A stretch of 64,000 nt of DNA from positions 505,599 through 569,598 of the forward strand of contig MU057930.1 of assembly GCA_013265495.1 (NCBI GenBank). Reading direction: 5' to 3'. The notes under the pieces were generated by a model. The model was not told the origin of the DNA. It saw nothing but the letters and a program-made list of their open reading frames with translations, and ran no database searches. A program made the translations under genes and the position numbers. The DNA comes from Vicugna vicugna. Taxonomy: Eukaryota. Positions 38,605 to 51,900 of this stretch are shown piece after piece. Each line of letters opens with the position of its first letter. Position 1 is the first letter of the stretch.

Positions 38605-38804
38605 AGTTCTCAATGATATAGCAGTCAGGGTTGAAATCTTAACCCATTTTTTTTTTGGTTTTGTTTTGTTTAATTGCATCATTTAGAACAAATGATCATT
38701 CAGTTCTCAATGATATAACAGTCAGGGTTCAAATGTTAACCCCCCCTTTTTTTTTTTGGTTTGGTTTGGTTTAATTGCACCATTTAGAACAAATGACCAT
38801 TCAG
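38605..38804. repeat. Tandem duplication, 2 x ~97 bp
   Basis: AGTTCTCAATGATATA(G/A)CAGTCAGGGTT...TTAATTGCA(T/C)CATTTAGAACAAATGA(T/C)CATTCAG starts at 38605 and 38702. Confidence 0.9.
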
Positions 38805-39184
38805 CACTTTATGAATCAACAAAATCACTGGCAGAGGAATATCGTAAAGAAAATGTGTGTCTGCTTTGTTTTCATTATGATGCTGTTTTATTATTATTAG
38901 AAGGTACGGTTGTGTGTCCATGGGTTCCTTTCTTTCTTTTTTTTTTTTTTTAATGAGTTTTCAAGATTTCCTAAGAGCGATTACTAAGATAATGGTTTAC
39001 GACTGGCCTTACCCCATTGATTTCTCGGGCGTAGTCATGATAAAGAAAAGCGTACGTCTTGATATTTATTCTTTCATGTATTACAGTATTGTAAATGGCA
39101 CGCATCCATATATACAAGCTTGACTGTGTGTAAAAACTCTGCAAGAAGTGAAAAGAAATCACTACTGCTTCCTTCTGACGTTTT

Positions 39185-39430
39185 CAGACATTTGACGGAT
39201 ACTGTGGCTATTAATCCCTCACTAAGGATGTGAATTGCAAATGTTTTCTCCCATGCTGCAGGCTGCCTTTTTACCTTCTGATTTTTCTCTTTTGACGCAC
39301 AAAAGTTCTTAATTTTCATGAGGTCCGCTTTGTCCATTTTTGTTTTCTTTTGTTGCCTGTGTCTTTGGTGTTCTGTCTGAGAAGTCACTGCCAAACCCCA
39401 TGTTGTAAAGTTTTGCCCTGTATTTTCTTC
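39185..39430 (-). mobile_element. LINE-1 ORF2 fragment
   Basis: Minus translation KMDKADLMKIKNFCASKE...WEKTFAIH resembles L1 ORF2. Confidence 0.75.
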
Positions 39431-39659
39431 TCCACACGGAACGTTATCACTCCAAGGGATCAACCCTGGTGATGACGTGCCACCTGGGTTCCTCTTCTAA
39501 TCCGAGCTGTCAACAGGACAGCGTAAATCTAAGCATCCTAGTCTCCAGTTTCCCGACTTAACCCTCAAACTTTCTTTCTTTCTTTAAAAGTGCCTGTTAA
39601 GCCACGCACTGCAGTTTAGATTGCATAATTGAATGTTTTAAAATCACATGAGTTTGCTA

Positions 39660-39802
39660 GGCAGGGTGTATGTAGCTCAGTGGTAGAGTGCATTCCTAGC
39701 ATGCACGAGGTCCTGGGTTCAATCCCCAGTCCCTCCATTAAAAAAAAAAAAGTACATAAATAAATAAACCTAATTACCTCCTCCCCCACCAAAAAAATAA
39801 AA
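39660..39802 (+). mobile_element. tRNA-derived SINE (Vic-1-like)
   Basis: TAGCTCAGTGGTAGAG...GGTTCAATCCCC, AATAAACCTAATTACCTCC body, A tail. Degenerate TSD (aaaatcacatgagttt / aatattacatgaattt). Confidence 0.85.
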
Positions 39803-41214
39803 TTAATATTAAAATATTACATGAATTTAACAACATGATTTGAGCCTCTCTTTCTGCTGGTCCTAGGGAAAAAAAAGTGCTGAGCGCATGTGAATTGGAA
39901 TCTTGAAATAGGAGGTCGGTATTCTAAATGGACCCCCCCTTCTCCCTGACATGTTCTGCAAGGGTATCTGAGAGGAGCTGAGTTTGTTTACATCGCTGAA
40001 TATCCTGTATCCTTAAGTGACACCCATCATGCCGTGATATTATATAACAGCCTTTCAAGAAGAGAGTAAACATTTCATGACTGCTCAGTAGATGAAAAGC
40101 AAGCAACATGTTCATGCAGAAACGTCAACCCTGGGGCCAACACACCTATTAAATACCTGGAAAGTTATATATACATATAGTGTGTTTATTTTTTGAAGGA
40201 ACATAGATACAATTTGCATACTTTCCACTGTATGGAAACAACTGCCTGTGCATACAGTCTAAGGGGCTAAGTTAATTGCAAAGGAATACACCGTTGCCAT
40301 AATGAATATAAACTTGATGGACGAAAAGCAGGTACAGATCCAGAGGAAGTCATATAAAATCTGGATCCTTCTTTAATTGGAGTTGTTAGGAGACCTATAA
40401 AAAGAGGGAAATAATAGCCCATGAGCTCAGCTCAGGACGGCTGTTTCAGGAATAATTGAGAGAACAGATAACCGTGCTTCGAAAGGAAATAAAATCCAAT
40501 GTGTGTGTGTGTGTGTGTGTGTGGTGGGGGGTGCAGTTTCCTATTGGTTTACAGAGTTCCCATCTAATTTTATCACCCCATCAATGGCTAAATTAATTCC
40601 ATAACATCCAAGTGCCTGGCCAGACTAAATGAGTTGACTCTCTCCAGTGACGCAATGTTGATTTCTTTGAGAGGCAGGCCAAAAATCCATCACATCCAGC
40701 CCCAAATCTGTCTCTCTGTAGCATTCATGGGTCACAGAGATGCCCTCGAGGGGATATGTAAGGTACCTGTGGAACTTCATCCCCGTGGCAGCCCCTTAAA
40801 TTGTTACATATTTTTTTAAAAAAATCCCTGTGCTTCCTGTTTTATTTCCTTTAGAATAAATACATGTGCGTGCATGTCCTGGTTAAAAGACCTTGTTTTT
40901 GCTTTTCTGTGTTGTTTCAATATAGAGCGCCCTATGCTCATGGGTATCCAGGTGGGCCCAGGTAGGGCGGACGGCTGTGGCCACACTTCAGCTGATGGAG
41001 CTGAATGTCATTGCACATCATTTGATCTGGGCGAGCGTTTCTCGCGACCGATACATGCTGAATCATTTGCAAATATTTGTAAAAGGCTTTAGAGACATTT
41101 AGCCATCTCTGCCCATCGGGTGTAGAGATAGTGGGTGCGGGTGCAGACCGGGTCTGCACACCTGGCATCTCCAGGTAGGCCCTCGGTCATCACGGGGGGT
41201 CAGAGGCTCAAAGC

Positions 41215-41478
41215 GAGGGGAAGGACACGTGATCCGAGAAACAGGTTGGATTGCTGTGCGGAAGGGGCGGTGAAGTGAGCCAAGGAATTCAGACAGCCTT
41301 TACACGTGGAAAGAGAAGAAACACATTCTCCCCGTGGAGCCTCCAGAGGGAACCATGACTGCCCACACTTTAATTTTAGGACTTGGGTGTCCAGAACCGT
41401 AAGAGAGGACGTGTGGGTTATTTTCGGCCCCTAAGTGGGTGGTCATTTCTTACAGCAGCCCCAGTAGAGTAATACACG
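41215..41478 (+). mobile_element. MaLR LTR fragment (MLT1C/D-like)
   Basis: GAGCCAAGGAAT...ATTCTCCCCGTGGAGCCTCCAGAGGGAAC...CCAGAACCGTAAGAG...TTACAGCAGCC..TAATACA. Confidence 0.7.
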
Positions 41479-42356
41479 TCAATCCCGCTGATCCACCTAC
41501 GAGAGCGACATGCAAAGCAAATCCCCCTCCGGCCCTTAACGTCCGCTGGAAACCTCTTTCTCCAAGTGCTGAGTGATTTTGTTCAGACAGCATCTCTTCA
41601 GAGTGAGTCTCCAGCTCCTGTGCTTTTCAAAATAAGCTTGCCCCCTCCCCCGAATTTGGGAACGGTCATAAATCCTCGGATTCGGTATTTATGGCCTGGT
41701 ACCCAGCGGCTCCCCCTAGAACGTGGGTCAATGGGATTCTCACTGCGGTTTCTAGGAGACAGCTGGGAAACACCAGTACCTACTGGATGAAGGAGGGGCA
41801 CCCTCAGGTTTAGGGGGTATGATGCTGAATGGATACAAAATATCCTCTAAGGAACAAGGTCTAATAATGGACACACAGAGCCGTGGGGTTTTCTTAGGAC
41901 GAGAGCAGAACAAATCTATTACTATTGGAAGCCAGAGCCAGAGGGCACCCACCTCCTGGAGGCATCTCCTTGGCTCTGAGACTCTGGTTGTGGGGTGAAG
42001 CTCCTTCAGGGCGTGGTTCTCAGACCCACGGAAATCACCATGAGCTTCAGAATACACCCAGGCCTGTGGTCCTGCCCAGAGATTCCCACTTAATTGGTCC
42101 TGGGCGTGCTCTGGACTCTGGGGCCATGGATGTTCCCCCAGGTGATGAGTATGCCCTTTGTATGGATATGGGGCTGTCTCTCAGATCCCAAGAGAGAAAC
42201 AAAATTCCCTCGGGTTGTAGGAGGCGGGAGCCACAAGGAATCAGGGAAGAAGAAAAATCTTGAAAAAGCAGATTTTTTAGTATCAAGATGGTTATATTTT
42301 CATTCTACAGGGTAAAATTAACTCAGGTTTTAACCTGACTTTGAGTGTGTGAGTGA

Positions 42357-42390
<34 letters not shown>

Positions 42391-43304
42391 TCTATTCATT
42401 AAGGACTTAAGAGTCATTATACTATCAATTTATATTTCTGAAATAAAAATATATACACAGTGCCCTACAGGAAAAAAAATGCAATTTTCTCTTATCTGAA
42501 GCCACCCAATTTTTTTTTTTTGGCTGTGTATTCAGACATAAGGGAAACTGGCAGGATTTTAATTGTTCGAGACAGTTGGAATTCATGTAAATTGAAAGTT
42601 ATGAAGGGAAACGTTAGTGCCTGGAGTCTTTGCCTTTTGGCTCCCAGAGAGAATGGTAAATATATATTTTTTCCATGCAGTTCCATCCTAAGGAATGCCC
42701 TGTAGTTTAATTCCTAGAAATCACCTGGAAAACCATGGGAGACCCCAAGAGCTCCCAACAAGAGTTTAGACCCTCAACAAAGGAAGCTAGTGTCTCCCCT
42801 CAGTGACCTCCACTACACGGAGACAGGGAAGTAACATTTATAGGAAGAAATCTTTGGAAAGTATTTACAGACCCTTTCTGAATGGTCCAAGGGTACACAG
42901 GCATACACACACACACACAGGATGTCCATGTGTCTGTGAACATTTGATGGGATAAAAGGGGAGACTTTGGAGCGAATGGTTCAGAGCCCAATTGGAGGAC
43001 CGTGGGTCGAGAAGCCAGCCAGCATTGCCTCGCATCTCCTGACATCTGACTGAAAGATAGAAACTGGTCTTATCAGTTCCAGGTGGAATCACATGCCACC
43101 CTGTTAACATTCACAGTCGTCCAATAAGGAAAGTGCTAGGGGCATGAGCCTGCCTGGAAAAGGCAAAAGGGAATAGTTATTTACTCTTTCTTTTCTTATT
43201 TTCTGTCTTCTTGTCTCCATCCAATTGTATGAAGTGACACCTCTTTGTTCCACTTTTTATTTCTGGTGCCATTTTTCACCCTAACATCTCCTCTGAGTCA
43301 CCGT

Positions 43305-43745
43305 GCGAGTTTCCGAGGGTCGCCATGACCATGGACTCGGGGGCTTAAAACAATACACAAATGATCAGCTTACAGGCTGGGAGGTCAGAAGTCCCAGGTG
43401 GGTGTCGCCAGGCTGAAATCAATGGCATTTCTTCTGGGGACCCTACGGGCAAATCAGTTTTCCCGCGTCTTCCCATGTTTCTGGGCTCATGGACCCTTCC
43501 TGCATCAACTGTGTCTGGTCAAGCCATTCTTGTGCTGTCCCCCCCCCCTTCACTGGTTCTCTCTCATTTGCCTCCCTCTTCCTTCAACTGATTAGATGAG
43601 GCCCACCCACACTACAGAGGGCAATCTGCTTTACTCAAAGTCTACTGATTTCAGTGTAAATCCCATCCAGAAAAATATCTTCATGCAACCTCTAGACTGG
43701 TGACTGATGGAATATCTGGATATCGCAAGCCAGCAAATTTGATGT
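43305..43745. mobile_element. MLT1 fragment joined to an MLT2 (ERVL) LTR fragment
   Basis: GGCTTAAAACAA...GGAGGTCAGAAGTCC (MLT1, reverse), then CCTTCAACTGATTAGATGAGGCCCACCCAC..GAGGGCAATCTGCTTTACTCAAAGTC (MLT2). Confidence 0.65.
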
Positions 43746-44689
43746 CTGAACCCAAGAATCCCATTTGATACTCAAAATGTTTTTATATACCAACTTCTAT
43801 TTTATTTGCTTTTATAGACCACTTCAAAGGACACCACTGGGGTGTCACACCGAATCCCCCCAGCTGCACCTCTTTTTCCAATTACTACCGCAGTGGCCAA
43901 TTCCCAGAAGAACCCTCAGCCACCCTCCCCAGAGTGTAACCCGATGGTCCCGTCTCAGGTGTGAGGGTCGTTCCTTTTCTTCTGTCACAGGGCTTCCCTG
44001 CAGGTTCCTCTCCTCTTGCAGGCAGGTAAGCACAACCTAGAAGTGCAGGTGAGGTGATGCCTGAGGAGAGTGCAAAGCTTCTGGAGCAATGATTACCCTT
44101 CCATCCCTTGGTGAGCAATTCTGACACAAAATTTCTCAACACCATCCTCCCAAAGGTGAAGTCATCTGCAACAGGGATCCACTCCGCAGCATAATCTGGT
44201 TTATTCTCTATACCTCTTTCCCGGCTCCACATCTCAGTCTGTCTCCCGTCCACCTGGGAAACACTTGGCCAAGAAAAGTTCTGCCCTGAAGCTCTGATTC
44301 ATAGGAGCCCAGGCCAGGATACTCTGGGGTGACCATTTCATAAGTCAAAATAATTAAGGAGAAAAAAAATGTAATGATTCACACAGTCAAGAATGCTAGG
44401 CTAAAACTGAAATCTTGGCACTGAGAAGAGGCGGGGCACAAGTTAGGAATATTGGTCCCCCCTGGCCTGGACATAAGAGAGTCCAGGACATGAGTTTTAA
44501 ATGCTTATATGGAAAATGAAACTGGATAATAAAGTAGGGTCAGAGTATGTGGGCAGTTTTGGACTTTGTGGATGATTATGTAAGGGATGAGCAATATATC
44601 TGCCCTGTAAGTAGGAAGACGAATATTGTCTCAAGGATCTTGGAAACTAGTAGGGTGGCTATATCTATAGTAATCTATGTCAATATTTA

Positions 44690-44829
44690 GGTAGGTAGAT
44701 AGATAAATAGATATGTAGATAAAAGATGAAAGGATGGATGGATGGTTGGGTTGGTGGATGGAAAGATAGGTAGATAGATAGATAGATAGATAGATAGATT
44801 AGATGGATGGATGGTTGGGTTGGTGGATG

Positions 44830-44861
<32 letters not shown>

Positions 44862-45190
44862 TAGATAGATTAGATGGATGGACAGATAAATAAGATAGAT
44901 AGATACATGAATGGATGGATGGATGGATAGATACATACATATATACATACATACGTACATACATAGATGGATAGATAAAATGGATGGCTGGGTGGTTGGA
45001 TGGATAGAAAGATGGATAGATAGATAGATAATAGATGAATGGATGGATGGATGGATGAATAGATGATAGACAATAGAATGATAGCTAGAAATTGATTGGT
45101 AGTGGATGGATGGATGATAGGTGATATATAGACAGACTGATAGATAAAAAGACAGAGAGAGAGAGACAGAGACAGAGAGATAGGCAGATA
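44690..45190. repeat. (TAGA/TGGA)n microsatellite
   Basis: Degenerate GATA/GGAT array ending in (GA/CAGA)n. Confidence 0.95.
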
Positions 45191-45217
45191 TCAAAATAAA
45201 ATTCAATGCCATGTACA

Positions 45218-45465
45218 CAGAGATTTATTTTTGTTAGAAATTGGCTCACATGCCTGTAGAAATTGGCAAGGCCAAAATCTGTAAGGTAGACCAGTAGGCT
45301 GGAGACCCAGGAAAGAGGTGATAGTACAGCTTAAGTTCAAAGGCCATCTCCTGCAGAATTCCTTCTTCCTCTGGAGACACCAATCTTTTTTTTTTTCCTA
45401 TGAAGTCCCTTCAACTGATTGGATAAGGCCCACCCAAATTATGGAGGGCAATCTGCTTTACCAAG
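45218..45465. mobile_element. MLT2 LTR fragment
   Basis: GAGATTTATT..AATTGGCTCACA...GGCTGGAGACCCAGG...CCTTCAACTGATTGGATAAGGCCCACCC..GAGGGCAATCTGCTTTA. Confidence 0.7.
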
Positions 45466-45749
45466 TACTGCACACAAGGTAATGAGGGAGAGAAAACTTT
45501 CTCTCCACTAGACTTCTGGGATCCAGGTAAATCAAAGATTCTCTACGTTGGGGGAAGAGCGACCTAATTTCATTTTAATTCCTCATGCATTGATTTATCC
45601 AATCCCCCACTCAAAATCAGTTAAGATCTACCTGACATCAGTATTGCTATAGATTTGTGACAGAAAGGAAGAGGGAGAAGATACTGCAGGCAACAAGAAG
45701 CCAAATAAATTTCAGAGAACATGTATAAAGAATAGAAGGGTTTTTTATT

Positions 45750-46280
45750 TTTAGTTGAAACATAATTGATTTGTTTATACATATACATGTATATATATAT
45801 ATATGTTCTTTTTAAAAATTATTTTCCATTATTAGTTATCACAAGATATTGAATATAGTTCCCTGTGCTATACAGCAAATCTTTGTTGCTTATCTATTTT
45901 ATATATAGTAACGTGTATCTGTTAATCCCAAACTCCCAATTTATCCCTCCCCTCCTTTCCCATTTGGTAGCCATAAGTTTGTTTTCCATGTTTGTGAGTC
46001 TATCTCTGTTTTGTAAATAAGTTCATTTGTGTCATTTTTTTTAAGATTCCACATAGAAGTGATATCATATGGTATTTGTCTTTCCTGTCTTAGAATAATG
46101 TTCTCTAGGTCCATCCATGTTGCTGCAAATGGCATTACTTTATTCTTTTTTATGGCTGAGTAGTATTCCATTGTATATATGTACCACATCTTTTTTATCC
46201 AGTCATCTGTCAGTGGACATTTAGGTTGCTTCTATGTCTTGGCTACTGTAAATAGTACTGCTATGAACATTGGGGTGCAA
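45750..46280 (-). mobile_element. LINE-1 3' end fragment
   Basis: Reverse-complement L1 ORF2 C-terminus and 3'UTR (WYIYTMEYYSAIKKNKVMPFAATWMDLE). Confidence 0.9.
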
Positions 46281-46829
46281 AAATATTTTCAAAGGAAAGC
46301 TTTCATAAATGACTTTTTAAAACATTTTTTACTAAGTAAAACCAAGGTCATGAAGAACATGCGTTGGTGAGAGAAGGTTGGACGACAGAAGGAAAGGGTA
46401 ACCTGCTTTTTAATGACAGTGTGAATGCCAGGTGGTTATGGAAAAGGAGGTTATGGGACATTCAAGGAAAACTAGGTTATGGGACATTCAGACCCCTCCC
46501 TATGCATTCATGCAGAGTCAGCAAACAGACAGAGATTAGCATTTATCTCCTCAATAATTTGTTCGCCGTCCACTGTTTCTTTAGTGAGGGGAGAAGGTCA
46601 TATCAGATCTGTGGGGTTGGCCCCAGCAGCAAGGCTGGCTCAGGACCAATTGATTGATTGGGCAGAGTTTCCCACAATGCCTGCGTCCTTTGTGGCAATC
46701 CACGCCCACCTGCAGTGCCTCATTCCTGCAGCTCTACGCCCCCCCAAACGGCTGCTCCTCTTGGGGAGAGGAAAGCCTGAACTCCCCTGCCTTCAGAGTT
46801 ATTAAAGATGGAACTCCCCCTAAAGATCG

Positions 46830-47017
46830 AGAGTTGCCTGATTAAATGCAAGACTTCAGTGCAGTTTGATTTTCTGATGAACCGTTTATTGTTTTAGTAT
46901 AAGTGGACTGGATAAAGAAGTTGTGGTATATTTATACAATCATACTTAGAGTAAGAAATATCCCCTCTTAATCTGAAACTCAGCTTTCACTGGACGTCCT
47001 CTAAGTCTGACCACCCT
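46830..47017. mobile_element. MER53-like palindromic hAT MITE
   Basis: Ends AGAGTTGCCTGA / TCTGACCACCCT. Imperfect inverted arms with TTTTAGTATAAGT...CATACTTAGAGTAA flanking the centre. Confidence 0.65.
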
Positions 47018-48829
47018 ACTGCTGGCCATAGGCAATTTGAGAAATAAGAGAAAAGTGTCTTGATATTAGACTGAATATTGGACTCATTGGTATCAAGAGA
47101 ATAATAATAACTTTGACCATTCTTAAAATGATAGCATGCATAGAATGGTAGTAATTACTACTAGTCTATTTACAGAATAATAATTGTATAAAATTATTTA
47201 TGGAGTAATTATGCTATAAAAATTATTATTCTATTGATCACCATATGATATATAGCATAATACAGTTATTATTATTATTATATTGTTATTTTCGCTTGCG
47301 GGAAGAATGTCCCTGTTTGCCTCAAACCTCATCATGTTAGGAGCCATCCCATCACCCGTCCAAAGTCAATCCTGCTGGCTGAGTTTTGTTTGTCTGCCCT
47401 TTCTTCTCCCATCTCCGGGTCAGGATAATCAGAGGCAGAGACAAATTGTTAAACCCACAGGAAACAGAGGCTTTTCTTTTGAAAGCAGAAATGCAGACCG
47501 AATGTATCTTAAAAATTCATCTCCACATGTGACACTAATGTATTCATCCGCTCCTTCTTTGATCAGTTTCAGCCTCCTGCCCTCTGGGTGTTTTTAAAGT
47601 AGGTCCTTTGCATTTGCAAACTGTTAAAGGACTAACGTTTGGAAAAATAAAAATGACACTGGTTCAAAAGGCTCGAACGTCTTCGTCTTGACGCTGGAGT
47701 CAGAAGTCAAATTTGATGATCTAGAAAGCCCTTGGATCTTAAATTCTACTACATGCAAAAGATGGCGGGAAAATTGGCATTTTTAGATATTTTTATTTCA
47801 ACTGCTCTTACTGAGACCACAGCACAGAAGAAAAAAAAATCTGCTCTGATTTTACTATAGTAGAATATACGAGAAATGCAAAACAAGTAAGATGTGGTCA
47901 CTGAATAATGCAAATTCCTTAGAAGGAAAAGACGTATTAATGGAAAGGAGAAGAAACCATGCTCTTCAGCGTGTCAGTGCCTGAAGGAAAAGAAAACATT
48001 TAAGTTAATAATGAGAAGCAACTGCCTCTACTTTGATGATTTTGGCAAAGACCTTGAAAATCGCAGCCACTTAGAGCAAACACACATTTTCACTGTCACT
48101 AAGCAGGTAGATTAAAAAAAAAGAAGAGTAGTCGTCAAAAACAAAAAATTTAACATGATCAGAGGAGCTTTAAATTGAATAAAGCAGATGGCAAGTGGCC
48201 ATCCCTGAAAGTTGCTTTGGAATACAAACAGCAAAAAAAAAAAAGAAGCCAATTTCCAAATGAAAAAATAAAAGCCATAGCTGAAAGAATGGTTCCTTTA
48301 AAAAAATTTTTTTTTTAATTTTTGCTTTATTCTTTAAGCTGTCCCTACTCGCCAAGTTACTGATCATCTGGGAATTTGCGGTCGCGAATTGTTAACATAT
48401 AATTTGTTTCTAAGAGACCACGTGGTGCCCTGGAATTGGAGGAGATGCTTTTTTGGTGTTTAGCCTTGGTTTAGGGGGAAAAAAAAAGATGAGCCATCGA
48501 AAGATTCTTTCTCAATATTGTTTGACTTTGAAAGAGGTTTAAGGCTCATAATTTGTCCTGCATTAAATTAAAGGGTTGTGAGAGCGAGTGTCTATTAAAG
48601 AGATCCAAAAAAGAAAATGAGAAAAGTGTAGATGGAATATCTATGAAGCATGTGAAGAGGGTGCTGGGGTGAATGTGTTTCATAGATGGACTGGCAGGTA
48701 AGAGCTTCTTAAAATAAAATGTGGTGCTTTCTAGTTTCAGTACATATGGTGTCATGCGTAACGCTTTGCAAGAAGGAAAGAAACACCGAAATGTGAGGAT
48801 CTGAGAAATCTTCCTAGACCAGCGCCTAC

Positions 48830-49050
48830 AAGGCAGATTCTGGCTTAGCAAGTCTGAGGCAGCCGCCCTCAACCACCCCAATTCTGCATTTCCAACCCCT
48901 CCCAGGTGATGCTGGTGTTGTGAGTCCAGGACCCACACTTTGAGCAGCAGATCCATGAAAACAGAATCTCCTGGACCAGAACCTGGCACTGGATTTGTTC
49001 TTCAACATTCCCGGGTCACGTTAATTCACAATCAAGATTGAGAAACTCGG
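48830..49050. mobile_element. MER5A/MER5B-like DNA transposon remnants
   Basis: CAGATTCTG...TCTGCATTTCCAAC...CCCAGGTGATGCTG...GGACCCACACTTTGAG, followed by a second MER5-like segment. Confidence 0.6.
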
Positions 49051-51637
49051 ACTGACCCAGACACCTGGGTTTCCCAGAAGAGGAAGTGTAAGTTCCAGGG
49101 CTCTTAGGACTTGGCCGTGTTCCCATGACAACACGGTGGCGTCATGGCAACTGCAACCTGCTTCCCTGGTTCCCAGGTGTTGGCACCTGTTTCTGTATCA
49201 CCCTAGCATCGCTGACCAACAGGAATTTGATGCATGAGAACACAAAGGCTGTACTGATGTCTCAAAGATACAAGAGTGGAGGGAAAAATTCAAATACTAA
49301 TGTACTCTTCCCATCCCTTCTTGGGCGGTGGTGTCACCTGCCCGTGGGGAAGAGGGCCTTCTCCATATTTGATTAAAGTAGTTGAAGGCACTGGGATGAG
49401 GACGTAGGTTGTCACTGGGAGCATGAGAGAGAAGAGAGACATACACATGGTGGCAACAGAAGTTTTTCATCAGGGTTGCCCTGAGCTCCCGCCAACACAA
49501 GACACATTTCTGCAAAGTCACATTTTCCAGAGGAACGAAATTTCCCATTCCCTGTACCACCCATCTGTCCTCCCTGACATACCCAATTGTATCATCCGAA
49601 ACACATTATTACTAGTGCTAAATATTTTTTTCCCCAAAAGAAATTCCCTGAAGAGCTGCTAGAACCAACCATGCCTGAAGCCCAACCAGCACCAAGCAAC
49701 AGCCCAATGAGGTCAGCCTGAACACGTCTTCCTCCCGAGGGCAGGTCCCACAGACAGGCAATTTCTCACCACTCAGAGTTATAGAAATGCGAACCAGGCG
49801 GGGGTAAAAAAGAGGGAATCATGAGCTTTATCCCATTTTATCCACTGGCAGCTGAACAGAGCAAGGAAAAAGTCGGGACCATCCAAAACGGTACTTCTAG
49901 AAAGAGATGCTTTCTTTTTCACAGCTGCAAGGGCTCTGGGGGGAACCTAAGAGACAGAGCTGCATGGGATCTCTGGTTGAGAAATTGCACGTTGAGAAAT
50001 ATCCTTTGGCTCCTCATGGAAACCACCGGCAAAGTGCACCTCCAGGGAAGCCGTGGATTCAAAGCCGAGAGGGTTGGCTGGGAGCTAGTGTCTGCTGTGG
50101 CCCCACTCCTGGTTTATGTTGGAACAAAAATCACAAGGGTTGTCTGTACCCACTCCATCATCATAAGTTAGTCTTCCATTAACTGTCATTTTTTTCTTCA
50201 GTTATATTCCTCAGCCTGGAGGCAGATGAAATTGAAAAAGCAAAAAAAAAAAAAAAATTAAATTAAATTAAAAAAAGAATTTCTAGCAAAAAGTTTCTGT
50301 TTCACACACACAACAAGTCCATTTATTTATATGTTGAAGGATGTCCAAGATCTTGATGTGAAAAGAAAAAAAAAAGCCCCACATATAATAAGTATGCTCA
50401 GCTCTGAAAATGGTCTGTTGTGTAGACTTGTGGTTCAGAACGCAGAGACAGAAGCCAAGGCCTGAGTTCAGACTCCAGCTCCCACTTGAAATAATCATAA
50501 TAGTTGTGACTCACGGAGATAATGTCTGCGAAGCCATTAGCCCAGGACCGAACACACAGCAGTCAGTTGATAAGTGTCAGGACGATTTTATAACACGTTT
50601 GTTGCTCTACCACGAGGAAGGTGGGTCATGGCCATCTGTCTCTTTATTTTTCTGCAAAATGGTCAACTAGCTCTCTCTTTTGCCTCTTGCTATTCCAGAC
50701 ATGGTACCCACTGAGAAGACACAGACGCAATTTAAGTTTCATGTGCAGAGGGAAGTAGGGTCATTAGGAATCTGAAAATCTCCCCGGAGGATTACAGAAT
50801 AACTCATGCAAAAAAAAAAAAAACACACACACACACAGCAATATGAAGAGTAAGAAATAATGATTTATTATGATCGACGATGCTTGCCAAAAAGTGACCT
50901 CAGCAAGCAGCCTTTTAGGTAAATAATATGTAGGAGGGTCTTCGTCAAATGGACCCAGTGTGTCTATTGGAATTCAAAAGGCTAATCTGTGTGGTAGGTG
51001 TGTGTCATTTCTCGTGGACAGCAGAGCTGTTCCTGGGCTTCTGCGGTCAAAGCCTTTGGTAGACAGACCCAGCCCACTCTCTGTGCGTGAGCAAAGCCAA
51101 ACTGACTGTCTAGACATGGAGATAATCTTCCGATTAGACCCAAGCTTGGAGACGTTGTAGGCATGCCAGCTGCGAGGCACCAGATCACGGCCGCCATGTC
51201 TCACCTCCAAGCAGACAACGGTGAAGTGACTTAGACTGGCTTCTTAGGGAGCCAGGAGCATGATTCCATTGCAGTGATAGTTCCCTGGCTACTAAAATGG
51301 TAGACCTCCTTAGTCTTTGGGTCGGGGCTGGAGGGGAGGTTCGCGGGTGGCTTTGGTTTTCTGTGTCTGCTCTGTTATTCCGAGCTTGATAAACACTTCA
51401 CCATATGTTGGTGGTGGGGTGTATTTGACAAAAATGGAAACACAGAAGGATTGACCTCAGTTGAATCTGCACTTTATGCAGATGCTCTAAAAATACCGTC
51501 CCATCCACATGCAGGTTTTCCTTGTGTTTCTAAAAGGGCTCATAATGTTTGAGTTTCTGCAACCCTCATCAAAGGGTTCAGCTTTTCTGTTCAAGCATTC
51601 TGACTTACCCTTGAATCCTTTAAGGGACTGGACTTTT

Positions 51638-51900
51638 GGAGGTAAAATGAGGTCACTAGGGTGTGTCCTGATCCCATAGAACTGAGGTCCTTCTAAGGAG
51701 AGGAGATGAGGACACAGACATGCCCAGAGGGACAACCACGTGAGGACACAGGGAGGAGACGGCCGTCTGCACACCAAGGGGAGACCAGCCCTGCTGACAC
51801 CTGGTCTCAGACTCCAGCCTCCAGGGCTGGGAGACCATAAATGTTTATTCTTTAAGCCCCCCGGCTGGGGTGCTTCATTACGGCAGCCCCACTGAACAAA
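51638..51900 (+). mobile_element. MaLR LTR fragment (MLT1-type)
   Basis: GGTAAAATGAGGTCACTAGGG...GAGGACACAGGGAGGAGACGGCCGTC...CTCCAGCCTCCAG...ATAAATGTTT..TTTAAGCC. Confidence 0.8.
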
